A stretch of 64,000 nt of DNA from Candidatus Polarisedimenticolia bacterium (GCA_036005805.1 DASYQE010000210.1:17061-81060); one strand, 5' to 3'. Shown: positions 32,485 through 44,985, counted from the first letter of the stretch. Numbers and translations are program-made. The notes: generated by a model not told the origin, from the letters alone.

Positions 32485-32528
32485 CACTACAGCATCACAA
32501 CGAACCGTAACCCGAGGTTTGGAACCCG

Positions 32529-35176
<2,648 letters not shown>

Positions 35177-35180
<4 letters not shown>

Positions 35181-35623
35181 CGACGACGCGGTGGGACCCG
35201 TTCCGGGACCTGATGGCCATCCAGGAACGGATGAACCGACTGTTCCAGGAGACGCTGGCGCGACAGCAGGGTCAGGAGGACATCCAGGCCGGCCAGTGGA
35301 CCCCGGCGGTGGACATCCACGAGACCGGCGACCGGATCGTGGTGCGCGCCGACCTGCCGGGGCTGGAGCAGTCGCAGATCGAAGTCCGGGTGGACGACAA
35401 TACCCTCACCCTGCGCGGCGACCGGCGCCCGCCGGGAGACGTCCGACCCGAGGAATTCCACCGCACCGAGAGGCCGCACGGCGCTTTCATGCGATCCTTC
35501 AGTCTCCCTCAGGGGATCGACCAGGGAGGCATCAAGGCGTCGTACAGGAACGGCGTCCTCGAAGTGGCCCTGCCGAAGCAGCAGGAGGCGCGCGCCGCTT
35601 CGATCCGGGTGGACGTGAAGTGA
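35177..35623 (+). CDS. Hsp20/alpha-crystallin small heat-shock protein
   Basis: 148 aa; WDPFRDL...[10 protein letters not shown]...[13 protein letters not shown] overlap with the clpB stop. Confidence 0.9.
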
Positions 35624-35674
35624 AGCGCACGGACCTGACGTGAAGCGAAAGACGCGAAAGGAGCCTGTCCCGGA

Positions 35675-36526
35675 ATGAACGCCATCAAGACCGCCTTCTT
35701 CCTCGGCCTGCTGTCGGCGCTGCTTCTGGTCATCGGGGGCGCCATCGGAGGCCGCGGAGGCGTGATCATCGCGCTCGGCCTCGCCGCCGCCATGAACTTC
35801 TTCTCCTACTGGTTCTCGGACAAGATCGTCCTGGCGATGCACCGGGCGCAGCCGGTGACGCGCGAGCAGGCGCCGCAGCTCTACGCCGCGCTCGAACGGC
35901 TGACCGGCCGCACCGGAACCCCGATGCCGCGGGTCTACATCCTGCCCGAGGAGGCGCCGAACGCCTTCGCCACCGGACGCAACCCGGAGCACGCGGCGGT
36001 GGCGGTCACCGCCGGGCTGATGCGCCTGCTCGACGCCGAAGAGCTCGAGGGCGTGCTGGCGCACGAGCTGTCGCACGTGAAGAACCGCGACATCCTGATT
36101 GGCTCGGTGGCGGCGACCATCGCCTCGGCCGTCATGGTCCTCGCCAGCATGGCCCGCTTCGCCGCCATCTTCGGCAGCGGCCGCGGCGGCGACGACCGCG
36201 AGGGAGCGAGCCCATTCGCGCTCCTGGCCACGGCGCTGTTCGCCCCGATCGCCGCCACGCTCATCCAGATGGCCGTGTCGCGGTCGCGCGAGTACCAGGC
36301 GGATCAGAGCGGCGCCGGCATGACGCACAACCCGTACGCCCTCGCGCGGGCGCTGCAGAAGCTCGAGAACCAGAGCCGGCGGATCCCGATGCAGACCGCC
36401 GCCCCGGCCAGCAATCACCTGTTCATCGTGAAGCCGTTCACGGGCGCGAGCCTGATGAACCTGTTCAGCACCCACCCGCCGATCCAGGAGCGGATCAAGC
36501 GGCTCACCGGCCAGACGACGGCCTGA
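35675..36526 (+). CDS. htpX: Zinc metalloprotease HtpX (M48 family)
   Basis: Transmembrane N-terminus, HELSHVKNRD (HExxH motif) and a THPPIQERIKRL C-terminus. Confidence 0.9.
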   Translation: MNAIKTAFFLGLLSALLLVIGGAIGGRGGVIIALGLAAAMNFFSYWFSDKIVLAMHRAQPVTREQAPQLYAALERLTGRTGTPMPRVYILPEEAPNAFATGRNPEHAAVAVTAGLMRLLDAEELEGVLAHELSHVKNRDILIGSVAATIASAVMVLASMARFAAIFGSGRGGDDREGASPFALLATALFAPIAATLIQMAVSRSREYQADQSGAGMTHNPYALARALQKLENQSRRIPMQTAAPASNHLFIVKPFTGASLMNLFSTHPPIQERIKRLTGQTTA

Positions 36527-36537
36527 TCCCGATTCCA

Positions 36538-37197
36538 ATGACCGACGGCGGCGCGAAGCGCGGCAAGGGCAAGGGAAACGGCGAGGACGAGGACCAGGCC
36601 TTCACGGTGGTCGACCGGCGTCCGCGCTTGGGCGAGGACCCTGTGGACGACGACGTGGCGGCCGAGGCCGGGGATCCGGCGGTCCCCGCCCTCATCGAAG
36701 AGCTCAAGGCGCGCGCCGAGGAGGCGGAGCGCCGGACGCGCGAGATCTCGGCCGCCTATCGCCGGCTGGACCAGGAGCGTGACGCGCTGCGCGAGCGGCT
36801 GACGCGCGACCTCGAGCGCCGTCTGGATGTGGCGCGCGGCGACCTGATGCGACGCATGCTCCCGGTGCTCGACGATCTCGACCGCGCCCTGGCGGCGGCG
36901 CGCGCCGGCGCCGGCGGCAAGTCGCTCCTCGAAGGGGTGGCGCTGGTGCGCGAGCGGCTGATGCAGGCGCTCCAGGCCGAAGGGGTCGAGGCGGTGGAGA
37001 TCGAAGGCCTGCCTTTCGACCCTGCGGTGGCGGAAGCCGTGGCGACCGAGGAAACCGACGACCCGTCGCGCGACCAGACGGTTCTCCAGGAGATGGAGCG
37101 CGGCTTCCGGCTGCGCGGCACGCTGCTCCGACCCGCGCGCGTCAAGGTCGCGCGCCTGCGTGGCCCCGCCGGCCGCGGCGAGATCCCCACGGAGTAG
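36538..37197 (+). CDS. grpE: Nucleotide exchange factor GrpE
   Basis: Acidic N-terminus, a coiled coil and a beta-domain with GrpE-like RLRGTLLRPARV. Confidence 0.88.
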   Translation: MTDGGAKRGKGKGNGEDEDQAFTVVDRRPRLGEDPVDDDVAAEAGDPAVPALIEELKARAEEAERRTREISAAYRRLDQERDALRERLTRDLERRLDVARGDLMRRMLPVLDDLDRALAAARAGAGGKSLLEGVALVRERLMQALQAEGVEAVEIEGLPFDPAVAEAVATEETDDPSRDQTVLQEMERGFRLRGTLLRPARVKVARLRGPAGRGEIPTE

Positions 37198-37226
37198 CCG
37201 GCCGCATTGCTCGTGAGAGATGCGGG

Positions 37227-38144
37227 CTAGAGAATCCGCTGGCCCAGCGCCGACAGGACGAGCCCCGCCCCGATCTCCGCCGAGTGGTTGCGGACGTCGA
37301 GAATCGGGTTCAGCTCCACGAGATCGAGCGACACCAGCCGGCCCGATTCCGCCACCATCTCGCACAGCAAGTGCGCTTCGCGGTACGACAGGCCGCCGAG
37401 CACGGGCGTGCCCACGCCGGGGACGAGCTCCGGGTCGAGGCCGTCCATGTCGATGCTCAGGTGCAGCCCCTGCGTGCGGCGCGCGAAATCGGCGAGCACC
37501 TCGTCCAGGATCGGCCCCATGCCCCGGCGATCGATGTCGCTCATCGTGTAGGCGCGCACACCGCTGCGGCGCACCTGGTCCCCCTCGCGCGCATCCAGGT
37601 CGCGGATGCCGACGAGGGCGACGTTCTCGGGCTTCACGCTCGGACCGCCCGCGATTGCGACGAGATCGGCGGGCCCCCACCCCAGGCACGCGGCCAGGGG
37701 CATCCCGTGGACGTTCCCCGAGGGCGAGGTCTCGGGTGTGTTCATGTCGGCGTGCGCATCGACCCACAGGAGCCCGAGGCTCTCGCCGCGCTCGTGCAGG
37801 GCGCGTGCCGATCCGGCGACCGACCCGGCGGCCAGCGAGTGATCGCCTCCCAGGCTGACCGGGATGCGCCCCTCCGCGGCGGCGGCGTGCGTCAGCTGGG
37901 CAAGCGTCCGGCAGACGGCGCTGATCTCCGCGATGTAGCGCATCTTCTCGCCCGTGACCGGGATGGTCTCGGGGATCGGCACCCGCACGTCGCCGCGATC
38001 GACGACGGTGTGCCCGAGCTCGGTCAGGCGGGCCGTCAGGCCGGCGATGCGGATGGCCGAGGGGCCCATGTCCACGCCACGGCGCCCCGCGCCGAGATCG
38101 AGAGGCACGCCGATGAGATCGATGGGACGGGAGCCGGGCTGCAT
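37227..38144 (-). CDS. rocF: Arginase
   Basis: GGDHSLA, DAHADMNTP, SGNVHGMPL and SIDMDGLDP manganese-binding motifs. Confidence 0.85.
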   Translation of the reverse strand: MQPGSRPIDLIGVPLDLGAGRRGVDMGPSAIRIAGLTARLTELGHTVVDRGDVRVPIPETIPVTGEKMRYIAEISAVCRTLAQLTHAAAAEGRIPVSLGGDHSLAAGSVAGSARALHERGESLGLLWVDAHADMNTPETSPSGNVHGMPLAACLGWGPADLVAIAGGPSVKPENVALVGIRDLDAREGDQVRRSGVRAYTMSDIDRRGMGPILDEVLADFARRTQGLHLSIDMDGLDPELVPGVGTPVLGGLSYREAHLLCEMVAESGRLVSLDLVELNPILDVRNHSAEIGAGLVLSALGQRIL

Positions 38145-38150
38145 GGCCGG

Positions 38151-38158
38151 ATTATAAT
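38151..38158. promoter_or_regulatory. Palindromic ATTATAAT -10 element shared by the divergent arginase and hbd-like genes
   Basis: A perfect TATAAT readable on both strands. It ends 6 nt from the arginase ATG on the minus strand and 19 nt upstream of the plus-strand ATG. Confidence 0.3.
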
Positions 38159-38176
38159 TCGCCTCCCGAACGCGCC

Positions 38177-39040
38177 ATGTCGCTCACCCGCGTCGCCGTC
38201 ATCGGAGCCGGAACCATGGGGCACGGAATCGCCCAGGTGGCGATCCAGTCCGGCCTCGAAGTGCGCCTGTGCGATGCCCAGCCGCTGGTGCTCGACCGGG
38301 CCCTGCAGCAGATCCGCTCCGGGCTCGACCGGACGGTCGAGAAGGGGCGGCTCGACGCGGCCGGACGCGAGGCCGCCCTCGCCCGCCTCGCGACCGCCCG
38401 CGATCCGCGCGAGGCGTCGCACGACGCGGACCTCGTCATCGAAGCCATCCCCGAGCGGCTCGAGCTCAAGCAGGCGCTGTTCGCCTCCCTCGAGGAGATC
38501 GTCCCCGCCGGGTGCCTGCTCGCCAGCAACACCTCGTCGCTGCGGATCGCCTCCATCGCCGCAGGACGGCGCCGGCCGGAGCGCATCCTCGGGATGCACT
38601 TCTTCAACCCGGTGCCGGTGATGGCGCTCCTGGAGATCGTCGTGCACGCCGGGACCGCCCCCGGGTCTCTGGAGCAGGCGCGCGAGGCGGGAGCACGGCT
38701 CGGCAAGACCTGCATCGTCGTGCAGGACTCCCCCGGCTTCGCCAGCAGCCGGCTCGGGATCGCGCTCGGCCTCGAGGCGATCCGGATGGTCGAGCAGGGG
38801 GTCGCTTCCCCGCAGGACATCGACACCGCCATGGAGCTCGGGTACCGGCATCCGATGGGGCCGCTGCGCCTGACCGACGTCGTGGGGCTCGACGTGCGCC
38901 TCGCCATCGCCGAATCGCTGCACCGCGAGCTGGGAAGCGAAGCGTTCCGCCCGCCCCGGCTGCTGGTCGAGATGGTGCGCGAGGGACGCCTCGGCAAGAA
39001 GAGCGGCCGCGGCTTCTACGACTGGAGCGGGAGTTCCTAG
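38177..39040 (+). CDS. 3-hydroxyacyl-CoA / 3-hydroxybutyryl-CoA dehydrogenase (NAD-binding)
   Basis: VAVIGAGTMGHGIAQV Rossmann motif and a 3HCDH C-terminal domain. Confidence 0.85.
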   Translation: MSLTRVAVIGAGTMGHGIAQVAIQSGLEVRLCDAQPLVLDRALQQIRSGLDRTVEKGRLDAAGREAALARLATARDPREASHDADLVIEAIPERLELKQALFASLEEIVPAGCLLASNTSSLRIASIAAGRRRPERILGMHFFNPVPVMALLEIVVHAGTAPGSLEQAREAGARLGKTCIVVQDSPGFASSRLGIALGLEAIRMVEQGVASPQDIDTAMELGYRHPMGPLRLTDVVGLDVRLAIAESLHRELGSEAFRPPRLLVEMVREGRLGKKSGRGFYDWSGSS

Positions 39041-40059
39041 AACAGGTACGCGAGAGCGAAGCCGATCTGGGCGCACATCATCATCAGGTACATGTGCTTC
39101 CAGGAGGGATGGTTCTCGCTGCGCGCCAGCGACCCCGGGTCGCGCAGGATGAGCCGGGCGGTGAAGGCACCCCACACCGCGAGCCCGAGGCCCAGGATCG
39201 TCAGGAGCGCCGGCCGGCCGGTCAGGATCGGTCCCCCCTCGATGGGATCCGGGATCCACGCCCCCAGCGGGAGCAGCAGCCACGGCAGGACGAAGAACGG
39301 CGCGACGAAACGCGCCGCCCGCTCCACGCCCCAGCGGATCGGTAGGGTGAGGCAGCCGTGCGCCGCGTCGCCTTCCATGTCGGAGAAGTCCTTGCTCGTC
39401 GTCGCCCCGAGCAGGAACAGCAGGAAGACGCTGCCGATGTACCAGGGCTCGAGGTGCAGCACGCTCCCGACCATCGACCACCCGGCCACCTTCAGGAGAC
39501 AGCCACGCGGCACGGCGATGGTGACGTTGGCCCACAGCCCGAAGCGCTTCGTCCTCCCCCAGCGCGGATCCGAATACACCAGCGTCAGCACCATCCCCGC
39601 CAGGTAAATGAAGAAGCACTCGTGCGCCCGCAGCGGGGCCGTGAGGCGCGCCCCCCAGTCGGTGTACGGGAAAATGACGACCAGCCAGGTCGGCACGATG
39701 GCGAGCACGTAAAGGAGCAGCGCGAAGCGGTGCGACGCTTCGAGCGTGATGGCGCCGGACGGGAGCGGCCGCGACGGCTTGTTGCGCCGGTCGATCTCGA
39801 GGTCGTGGATCTGGTTCAACACATTGCTCGCCGCGTTGAGGAGCGCGGCGCACAGCGACCCCAGCGCGATGGTCAGCAGCACCGCCATCGTGAAGCGGCG
39901 CGCCGGGTCGGGATTGTGGGCGCTGCCGAAGGCGGTGAGCGCGCCCGACACCACGCCGAAGGTCGGCGGCAGGAGCGTGAAGGGTCGCGTGAAGGCGAAA
40001 TAGAGACGCGCGCGCCCCGCGAACGAGCGCGGCTCATCGAGTCGCAGTCCTTCGCTCAC
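39037..40059 (-). CDS. UbiA-family aromatic/lipid prenyltransferase
   Basis: NVLNQIHDLEIDRRNKPSRPLPSG, the first Asp-rich motif, and a DxxxD-like KDFSDMEGD. GTG start overlapping the upstream stop as GTGA. Confidence 0.75.
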   Translation of the reverse strand: MSEGLRLDEPRSFAGRARLYFAFTRPFTLLPPTFGVVSGALTAFGSAHNPDPARRFTMAVLLTIALGSLCAALLNAASNVLNQIHDLEIDRRNKPSRPLPSGAITLEASHRFALLLYVLAIVPTWLVVIFPYTDWGARLTAPLRAHECFFIYLAGMVLTLVYSDPRWGRTKRFGLWANVTIAVPRGCLLKVAGWSMVGSVLHLEPWYIGSVFLLFLLGATTSKDFSDMEGDAAHGCLTLPIRWGVERAARFVAPFFVLPWLLLPLGAWIPDPIEGGPILTGRPALLTILGLGLAVWGAFTARLILRDPGSLARSENHPSWKHMYLMMMCAQIGFALAYLF

Positions 40060-41387
40060 AGGCCGGCCGGGACGAGCGCCCCGACGACGCCCGCCAGGGC
40101 GCCGACCAGGGTGTTGGAGAAATTCACCGCCTCGTTGTCGAGGAGCCCGCGGCGCTCGAGCGTCGCCCCGAGGAACGAGTCGGCGCTCGATCCCAGGAAG
40201 GAGGCGAGAAGGACCACCCAGAGAAGCGACGCCGGGATCATCGCGGTCGCGATGGCCAGACCCGCGACCAGCGCCGCCGCCCCCAGGCCCGCGAGCGTGC
40301 CGAGGAGCGTGACGGCGCCGTCGGTGCCGATGGGAACGCGCTTGAGCGTGGTGATGAGCACGGGCTTCCCTCCCCACGCCTGCCCGACCTCGCTCGACAC
40401 GGTGTCGAACGCCGCGGTCGCGTAAGCGCAGACCAGCGCCAGGAGGAACAGGCCCGGAGCGGTCGCGGTCGCCGACAGGAGCGCCAGCATCGTCGCCACG
40501 CCGCAGTTGGCGAGGGCGTGCCGGGCCGACCGCGCTCCTTTTTTCTCCTGCGCCACACCGAGCCGCTCCTTGCGAAGCCTTCCGGCGCGCGTCGTCGCCG
40601 TGCCGAGCAGGAAGAAGGCCGTCAGGATCGCGAAGGCGCGCCACCCGCCGAAACCCCAGGTCACGGTGCCGACGGCCCAGCCGGCCACGGCCCCGGATCG
40701 ATCCACGGCGCGGATGCGCAGGAAGACGAACGCGAGGACCGCGTTGACCGCCGCCCCGATGGCGAGCTGCGGCGCGACCTCCGCGAAGACCTGCGGTAGC
40801 CGCAGGGCGTCCCCTTCGATGAGCGCGCAGAGGAAAAGCGCCGACAGAAGCGGCACCGACAGGTTGTCGTTGAGCCGCCACGGCAGCGACTCGACGAACG
40901 CGGCGAACAGCGCCGTCGGCGCCATCAGCCAGGCGGCCTCCCCCGCCGGCCGTCCCATGGAGACGAGGATGCCGAACCCGGCCAGCCCGGCCGCGACGAT
41001 GAAGGCCGCGCTGCCGGCCCAGGACTTGACGTGGTTCCACGGCAGGCGCGCGCGCCCCCAGCGTTCGCCGGCGGCGGAGGCGGCCGGGTCTCCCATCGCG
41101 AAGATCACCCAGGCGGCCGCCGCCACTTCCATCCGCCAGCCGAACAGGAGCACGAGCAGCAGCACCGCGACCGGGTACAGATGGATCCCCGACTCGAGGG
41201 GACGCCGCCTCTCGGCGCTGCGGAACAGCGACGCGCCGATCCGCGGCAGGACGAAGTAGTTGAAGAGGCACGCCACGGCGGCGACGAGCGCCGCCTGCGG
41301 GACGCTGAGCTTCTTGAGGAGAAGCGCCAGGAGCCCGGAACCGGCGTGAACGAGGCGGCGCGCCGCGGGGTCGTGCGCGCCGCTCAT
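40056..41387 (-). CDS. Fusion membrane protein: CTP-dependent polyprenol/phytol kinase-like N-terminal half (Sec59/DGK1/VTE5 family) plus a DUF92/VTE6-like C-terminal half
   Basis: The N-terminal half has the GDPAASAAGERWG motif typical of CTP-dependent prenol kinases. The C-terminal half matches DUF92 (FDTVSSEVGQ...PIGTDGAVTLLGTLAG). Both family assignments are from memory. Confidence 0.55.
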   Translation of the reverse strand: MSGAHDPAARRLVHAGSGLLALLLKKLSVPQAALVAAVACLFNYFVLPRIGASLFRSAERRRPLESGIHLYPVAVLLLVLLFGWRMEVAAAAWVIFAMGDPAASAAGERWGRARLPWNHVKSWAGSAAFIVAAGLAGFGILVSMGRPAGEAAWLMAPTALFAAFVESLPWRLNDNLSVPLLSALFLCALIEGDALRLPQVFAEVAPQLAIGAAVNAVLAFVFLRIRAVDRSGAVAGWAVGTVTWGFGGWRAFAILTAFFLLGTATTRAGRLRKERLGVAQEKKGARSARHALANCGVATMLALLSATATAPGLFLLALVCAYATAAFDTVSSEVGQAWGGKPVLITTLKRVPIGTDGAVTLLGTLAGLGAAALVAGLAIATAMIPASLLWVVLLASFLGSSADSFLGATLERRGLLDNEAVNFSNTLVGALAGVVGALVPAGL

Positions 41388-42292
41388 GCCTCCGCGTCCC
41401 CTGCCTCGCGCCCGAGGAAATCGTCGAGCGCCTCGGTCCAGGGACGCGGCGCCGCCCCCGTCAGCCGTGCGAAGAGCCGGGTGTCGAGCGGGGATGCCGC
41501 CGGGCGGGCGGTCCCGCCGGCCGGAACGACGGTGCGCACCGCCTCGAGCCGGACCCCGTCCAGGAGCCCGGTCGCCTCGAGCGCGCGGCGCGCCAGGTCG
41601 AAGCGCGACGCCACGCCGGTGTTGACCACGTGAACGATGCCCCGGTGCTCGACGCGCAGGAGCGACGCGATGCCGTCCGCCAGGTCGTCGGTGAGCGTCG
41701 GAGAGCCGCGCTGGTCATCCACCACCCGCAGCGGCTCCCCCGCCCGGGCGCGCGCCAGGATCCGCCCCACGAAGTGGTCTCCGTGCTCGCCGTAGAGCCA
41801 GGCGGTGCGCACGATGAGGTGGTCTTCGTTGGCGACGGCGACGCGGCGCTCGCCTTCCAGCTTGGAGAGCCCGTACGCCTGGATCGGCGCGGGCACGTCG
41901 GACTCGACGTACGGGCGTTCGAGCCGGCCGTCGAAGACGAAATCGGTGCTGACCTGCACGACGCGGCAGCCCGACCCCGCGGCGGCGCGCGCCACGTGCT
42001 CCGCCCCCTCGGCGTTGACCTCCAGCGCCTGCGCCGGGTCGCGGGTGCAGCCGTCCACGTCGGTCCAGGCGGCGCAGTTGATGATCACGGTCGGGTTGAG
42101 ACGGACGATCTCCGCCTCCATCCCGAAGCGGTCGAGGATGTCGATCTCCGCGCGCGTCGCCCCGATGGTCTCGGGATACTCCGGCTCGAGGCGGCGCACC
42201 AGTGCGCTCCCGAGCATGCCGCCGGCGCCGATCACCAGGGGCCGGATGTCGCCGCCGCGCTTCCGGCCGGCGCTGTCGTCTTCGAGGGTCAC
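41384..42292 (-). CDS. rfbD: dTDP-4-dehydrorhamnose reductase
   Basis: RmlD-like sequence (INCAAWTDVD, YGLSKLEGE, SPT). GTG start (VTLEDD) overlapping the lptD stop as GTGA; an internal ATG at 42217 is an alternative. Confidence 0.8.
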   Translation of the reverse strand: MTLEDDSAGRKRGGDIRPLVIGAGGMLGSALVRRLEPEYPETIGATRAEIDILDRFGMEAEIVRLNPTVIINCAAWTDVDGCTRDPAQALEVNAEGAEHVARAAAGSGCRVVQVSTDFVFDGRLERPYVESDVPAPIQAYGLSKLEGERRVAVANEDHLIVRTAWLYGEHGDHFVGRILARARAGEPLRVVDDQRGSPTLTDDLADGIASLLRVEHRGIVHVVNTGVASRFDLARRALEATGLLDGVRLEAVRTVVPAGGTARPAASPLDTRLFARLTGAAPRPWTEALDDFLGREAGDAEA

Positions 42293-44985
42293 AGGCCTCC
42301 GGCTCCGATGCTCTGATGCAGGTCCACGACGTTGCCGACGCCCTTGAGGTTGACCAGAAAGCGGATCTCCGTCAGGTCGGATCCGACGAAGTTGCGGTTG
42401 AGGTACTCGAACTGGAAGCCGCAGCACTGGGTGTTGTAGCCGGCGGTGTAGCGCTGGTCGCGGAAGCGCGGCTCCCCCGGCAGGACGTCCCCCAGCTCGT
42501 AGTTGGCCTGGAATCCGAGCAGCACCTTGCGCTCGAAGAGCGTGCCCTCGCCGTGCACGCCGAGCTGGCTGCGATTGAACGGGTTGGTGAAGGCCTGCCC
42601 CTGCTCCAGGAGCGCCTTGCCCTCGAGGTCGCGGCTGACGCTCCAGGTGAAGTCGAGGAAGCCCCGCCCCGGCGCGCGCAGGTTGGCGCTGAGCGAGGCA
42701 TCGCGGATCTCGCGGAACAGCACGTCGAACGAGGTGCGCAGGTCGACGCTCGTGTTGATCGTCGGGTTGACCCGCAAAACCCCCGTCACCGGCGAGACCT
42801 GCCGCTGCTCGTCGAGCGCGAACGACGCGCTGAGCGGCCCGAGGAAAGAGTAGTCCTGGGTGATCTCGAAGGAGGCGATCTCGACGGTCGAAAGCTGTTT
42901 CGGCTTCGCCGTGCCCCCGGGTCCCGGCACACCCGGCGCGCCCGGTTCCCCCTCGGCGCCCAGCGGCGCCGCCTCCGGGGTCGTCTCGGCGGTCGTCCCC
43001 GCCGCCGGCACGCGCACCGGCTGCACCTTCTGCAGGGCCCGCGCCAGCGCGTCCTGCGGATTGCCGTCTCCCGCCGCCGGACCGAACGGCATGCCGAGCG
43101 CCGCCATTCCTCCCGCCTCGCGCTTGGCGTAGAGCCGCGTCGTGAACCCGTACGTCAGCCGGTTGCTGTTGTAGGAGATCGTGTCGACGTCGTCGAAGAG
43201 GATGATGTCCCCCGGGTTGTCCACCTGCGACAGGTAGGTGTAGCGCAGCGTCGGCTCGATGGTGTTCTTGAACTGGGGGGAGAAGTCGCTGTCGGGCGTG
43301 TCGAAGATGCGCGACAGCTTCGGACCCACGAGGTTGAGCCCCGCCTGGTAGACGCGGCGGTCGAAGTTGTCGTCGACGATGAGCGTGCGCTCGAGGTTGC
43401 GGATGCCGTCGCCCTCCCCGAAATCCCCCGTGCCCGGGAGGTTGTCGCAGCCGAGATCGTCCTCGGGCCCGAACACACCCAGGGGCGGATTGTCGCGCTC
43501 GGCGTCGAGCACGCCGTTGCCCTCGCCGAAATCCCCCGTGTCCGGAACGTTGTCGCAGCCGAGATCGGTGCGCTGGCTCTTGCTGTAGACGGTGTCGCGC
43601 AACCCGGCATTCGCGTCGATGTCGAGCCACGGCACCGGCGACAGCTGCGACGAAATGACCGGGTTGACGTCGGCCCGCTGGTACACGGCCTCGCGGTCCC
43701 CCTTGTCGAAGGCGTCCACCGAGGAGTCGAGGGTGAAGAACAGGAGCGAGTCGCCGATGCGCCGGCGGCGGGTGCGGAACTCGATCTCCGGCTCCGTCCA
43801 GCGGACGAAGGTGCGGTTGGCGAAGGCCAGGGTCGGCTGGCCGTACGCGAACGGGACGATCGGGTCCTGCACCAGCTGCTCGCGCCGCTCGGCCCACATG
43901 TTGAGGGAGTTGAATCCCCAGTTGCGCGTCAGGTACGCCTTGCTCACCGCCTGCGGGTTGCTGCTCACCCGGATGTCGCGCTCGAAGTCGAGGAAGTAGT
44001 CGAAGTCCGAGACGAACGTCATGTTGGTGACGAAGCGCCATTCCGGGTCGAGCTGCTGCTGGTGGGTGTAGTCGATGAGCCAGCGATCGGTCGGCACCCC
44101 TGGCTGGTTCTCATCCGCGGCCACCTGGTCGCGGATGTAGTAGCCGGTGAACTGGCCGCGGCCGTTTTCCGAAGGGCGGTAGCGGAACTCGTTGCCGAAG
44201 CCGTAGCCCGACTTCGACATGTAGTCGAAGTAGAAGGTCGAATCGAGACTGCGGCCGATGGCCCAGTACCAGGCGTCGCTCAGGATCGTGCCGCTCCGCT
44301 GCGAGAAGCCGAACTCCGGGAAGAGGAGTCCCGAGGCGCGATCGGTCTTGATCGGCCAGACCAGGTAGGGGGAATAGAACACCGGCACCGCCCCGAGCTT
44401 GAACTGGATGTGGTGCAGGTAGGCATATTCCCCCAGCTCGAGCACGCCGCGCCCGAGCTTGAAGGACCAGTAGGGCGTCGGCTGGGTGCACGCGGTGAAG
44501 TTGGCGTCGTACAGGACCATCTGGTCCTTGGACGTCTGCTCGATCCGCGCCGCCTCGAACATGATGCTCGGCTCGGCGTAGCCGCGCGCGTTGAAGAACT
44601 GTCCGGTCGACGATTCCAGGTTGTAGTCAATGCTGTCGGCGGTGATCCGGGCGCGCGCCTGGTCGAGGACGACGTTGCCCTCGGCGTGCGCCTCGTGAGT
44701 CGACGGAGTGTAGCGCACCAGATCGGCCTGGAGCCTCAGGTCGCCGCACTTGATGTCGACGTAGTCCTTGAGGATCAGCTCGTCACGGTCGAGCACCGAG
44801 CCCGGTCCGGCGGCGATCTCGAGGGCGCAGCCGCCCGGTCCCTTGCCGAAGGACTGGCGCTGCGGGGCGCCGCCGGGCGGCTCCGGCCGCTGCTCCTTCG
44901 GCGCGGCATCGAGTCCGGCCGCCGCGAAGGCGGCCGCGCCGAGAACGAACAGGAGCGCGGCTCCGGCGGCGAGGGGCCTGGGCAT
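42289..44985 (-). CDS. lptD: LPS-assembly outer-membrane protein LptD (OstA)
   Basis: Signal peptide, an OstA/LptA-like N-terminal jellyroll and a large C-terminal beta-barrel. Start taken at the ATG (MPRPLAAG). Confidence 0.8.
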   Translation of the reverse strand: MPRPLAAGAALLFVLGAAAFAAAGLDAAPKEQRPEPPGGAPQRQSFGKGPGGCALEIAAGPGSVLDRDELILKDYVDIKCGDLRLQADLVRYTPSTHEAHAEGNVVLDQARARITADSIDYNLESSTGQFFNARGYAEPSIMFEAARIEQTSKDQMVLYDANFTACTQPTPYWSFKLGRGVLELGEYAYLHHIQFKLGAVPVFYSPYLVWPIKTDRASGLLFPEFGFSQRSGTILSDAWYWAIGRSLDSTFYFDYMSKSGYGFGNEFRYRPSENGRGQFTGYYIRDQVAADENQPGVPTDRWLIDYTHQQQLDPEWRFVTNMTFVSDFDYFLDFERDIRVSSNPQAVSKAYLTRNWGFNSLNMWAERREQLVQDPIVPFAYGQPTLAFANRTFVRWTEPEIEFRTRRRRIGDSLLFFTLDSSVDAFDKGDREAVYQRADVNPVISSQLSPVPWLDIDANAGLRDTVYSKSQRTDLGCDNVPDTGDFGEGNGVLDAERDNPPLGVFGPEDDLGCDNLPGTGDFGEGDGIRNLERTLIVDDNFDRRVYQAGLNLVGPKLSRIFDTPDSDFSPQFKNTIEPTLRYTYLSQVDNPGDIILFDDVDTISYNSNRLTYGFTTRLYAKREAGGMAALGMPFGPAAGDGNPQDALARALQKVQPVRVPAAGTTAETTPEAAPLGAEGEPGAPGVPGPGGTAKPKQLSTVEIASFEITQDYSFLGPLSASFALDEQRQVSPVTGVLRVNPTINTSVDLRTSFDVLFREIRDASLSANLRAPGRGFLDFTWSVSRDLEGKALLEQGQAFTNPFNRSQLGVHGEGTLFERKVLLGFQANYELGDVLPGEPRFRDQRYTAGYNTQCCGFQFEYLNRNFVGSDLTEIRFLVNLKGVGNVVDLHQSIGAGGL
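43411..43567. repeat. Two copies of a 49-bp direct repeat (45 of 49 identical, period 108 bp) inside lptD, encoding DLGCDN(V/L)P(D/G)TGDFGEG(N/D)G
   Basis: Copy 1 is at 43411..43459 and copy 2 at 43519..43567. It is an in-frame protein repeat with Asp/Gly-rich, calcium-binding-like character. Confidence 0.7.

Noticed and set aside
32256-32528. CIRCE, HspR HAIR or sigma-32 motifs upstream of clpB (and upstream of htpX and grpE)
   Set aside because: Only a sigma-70-like TTGACA-N17-TATTAT is present. There is no TTAGCACTC/GAGTGCTAA and no CTTGAGT-N7-ACTCAAG; the ACTCAA in the spacer is a lone half-site.
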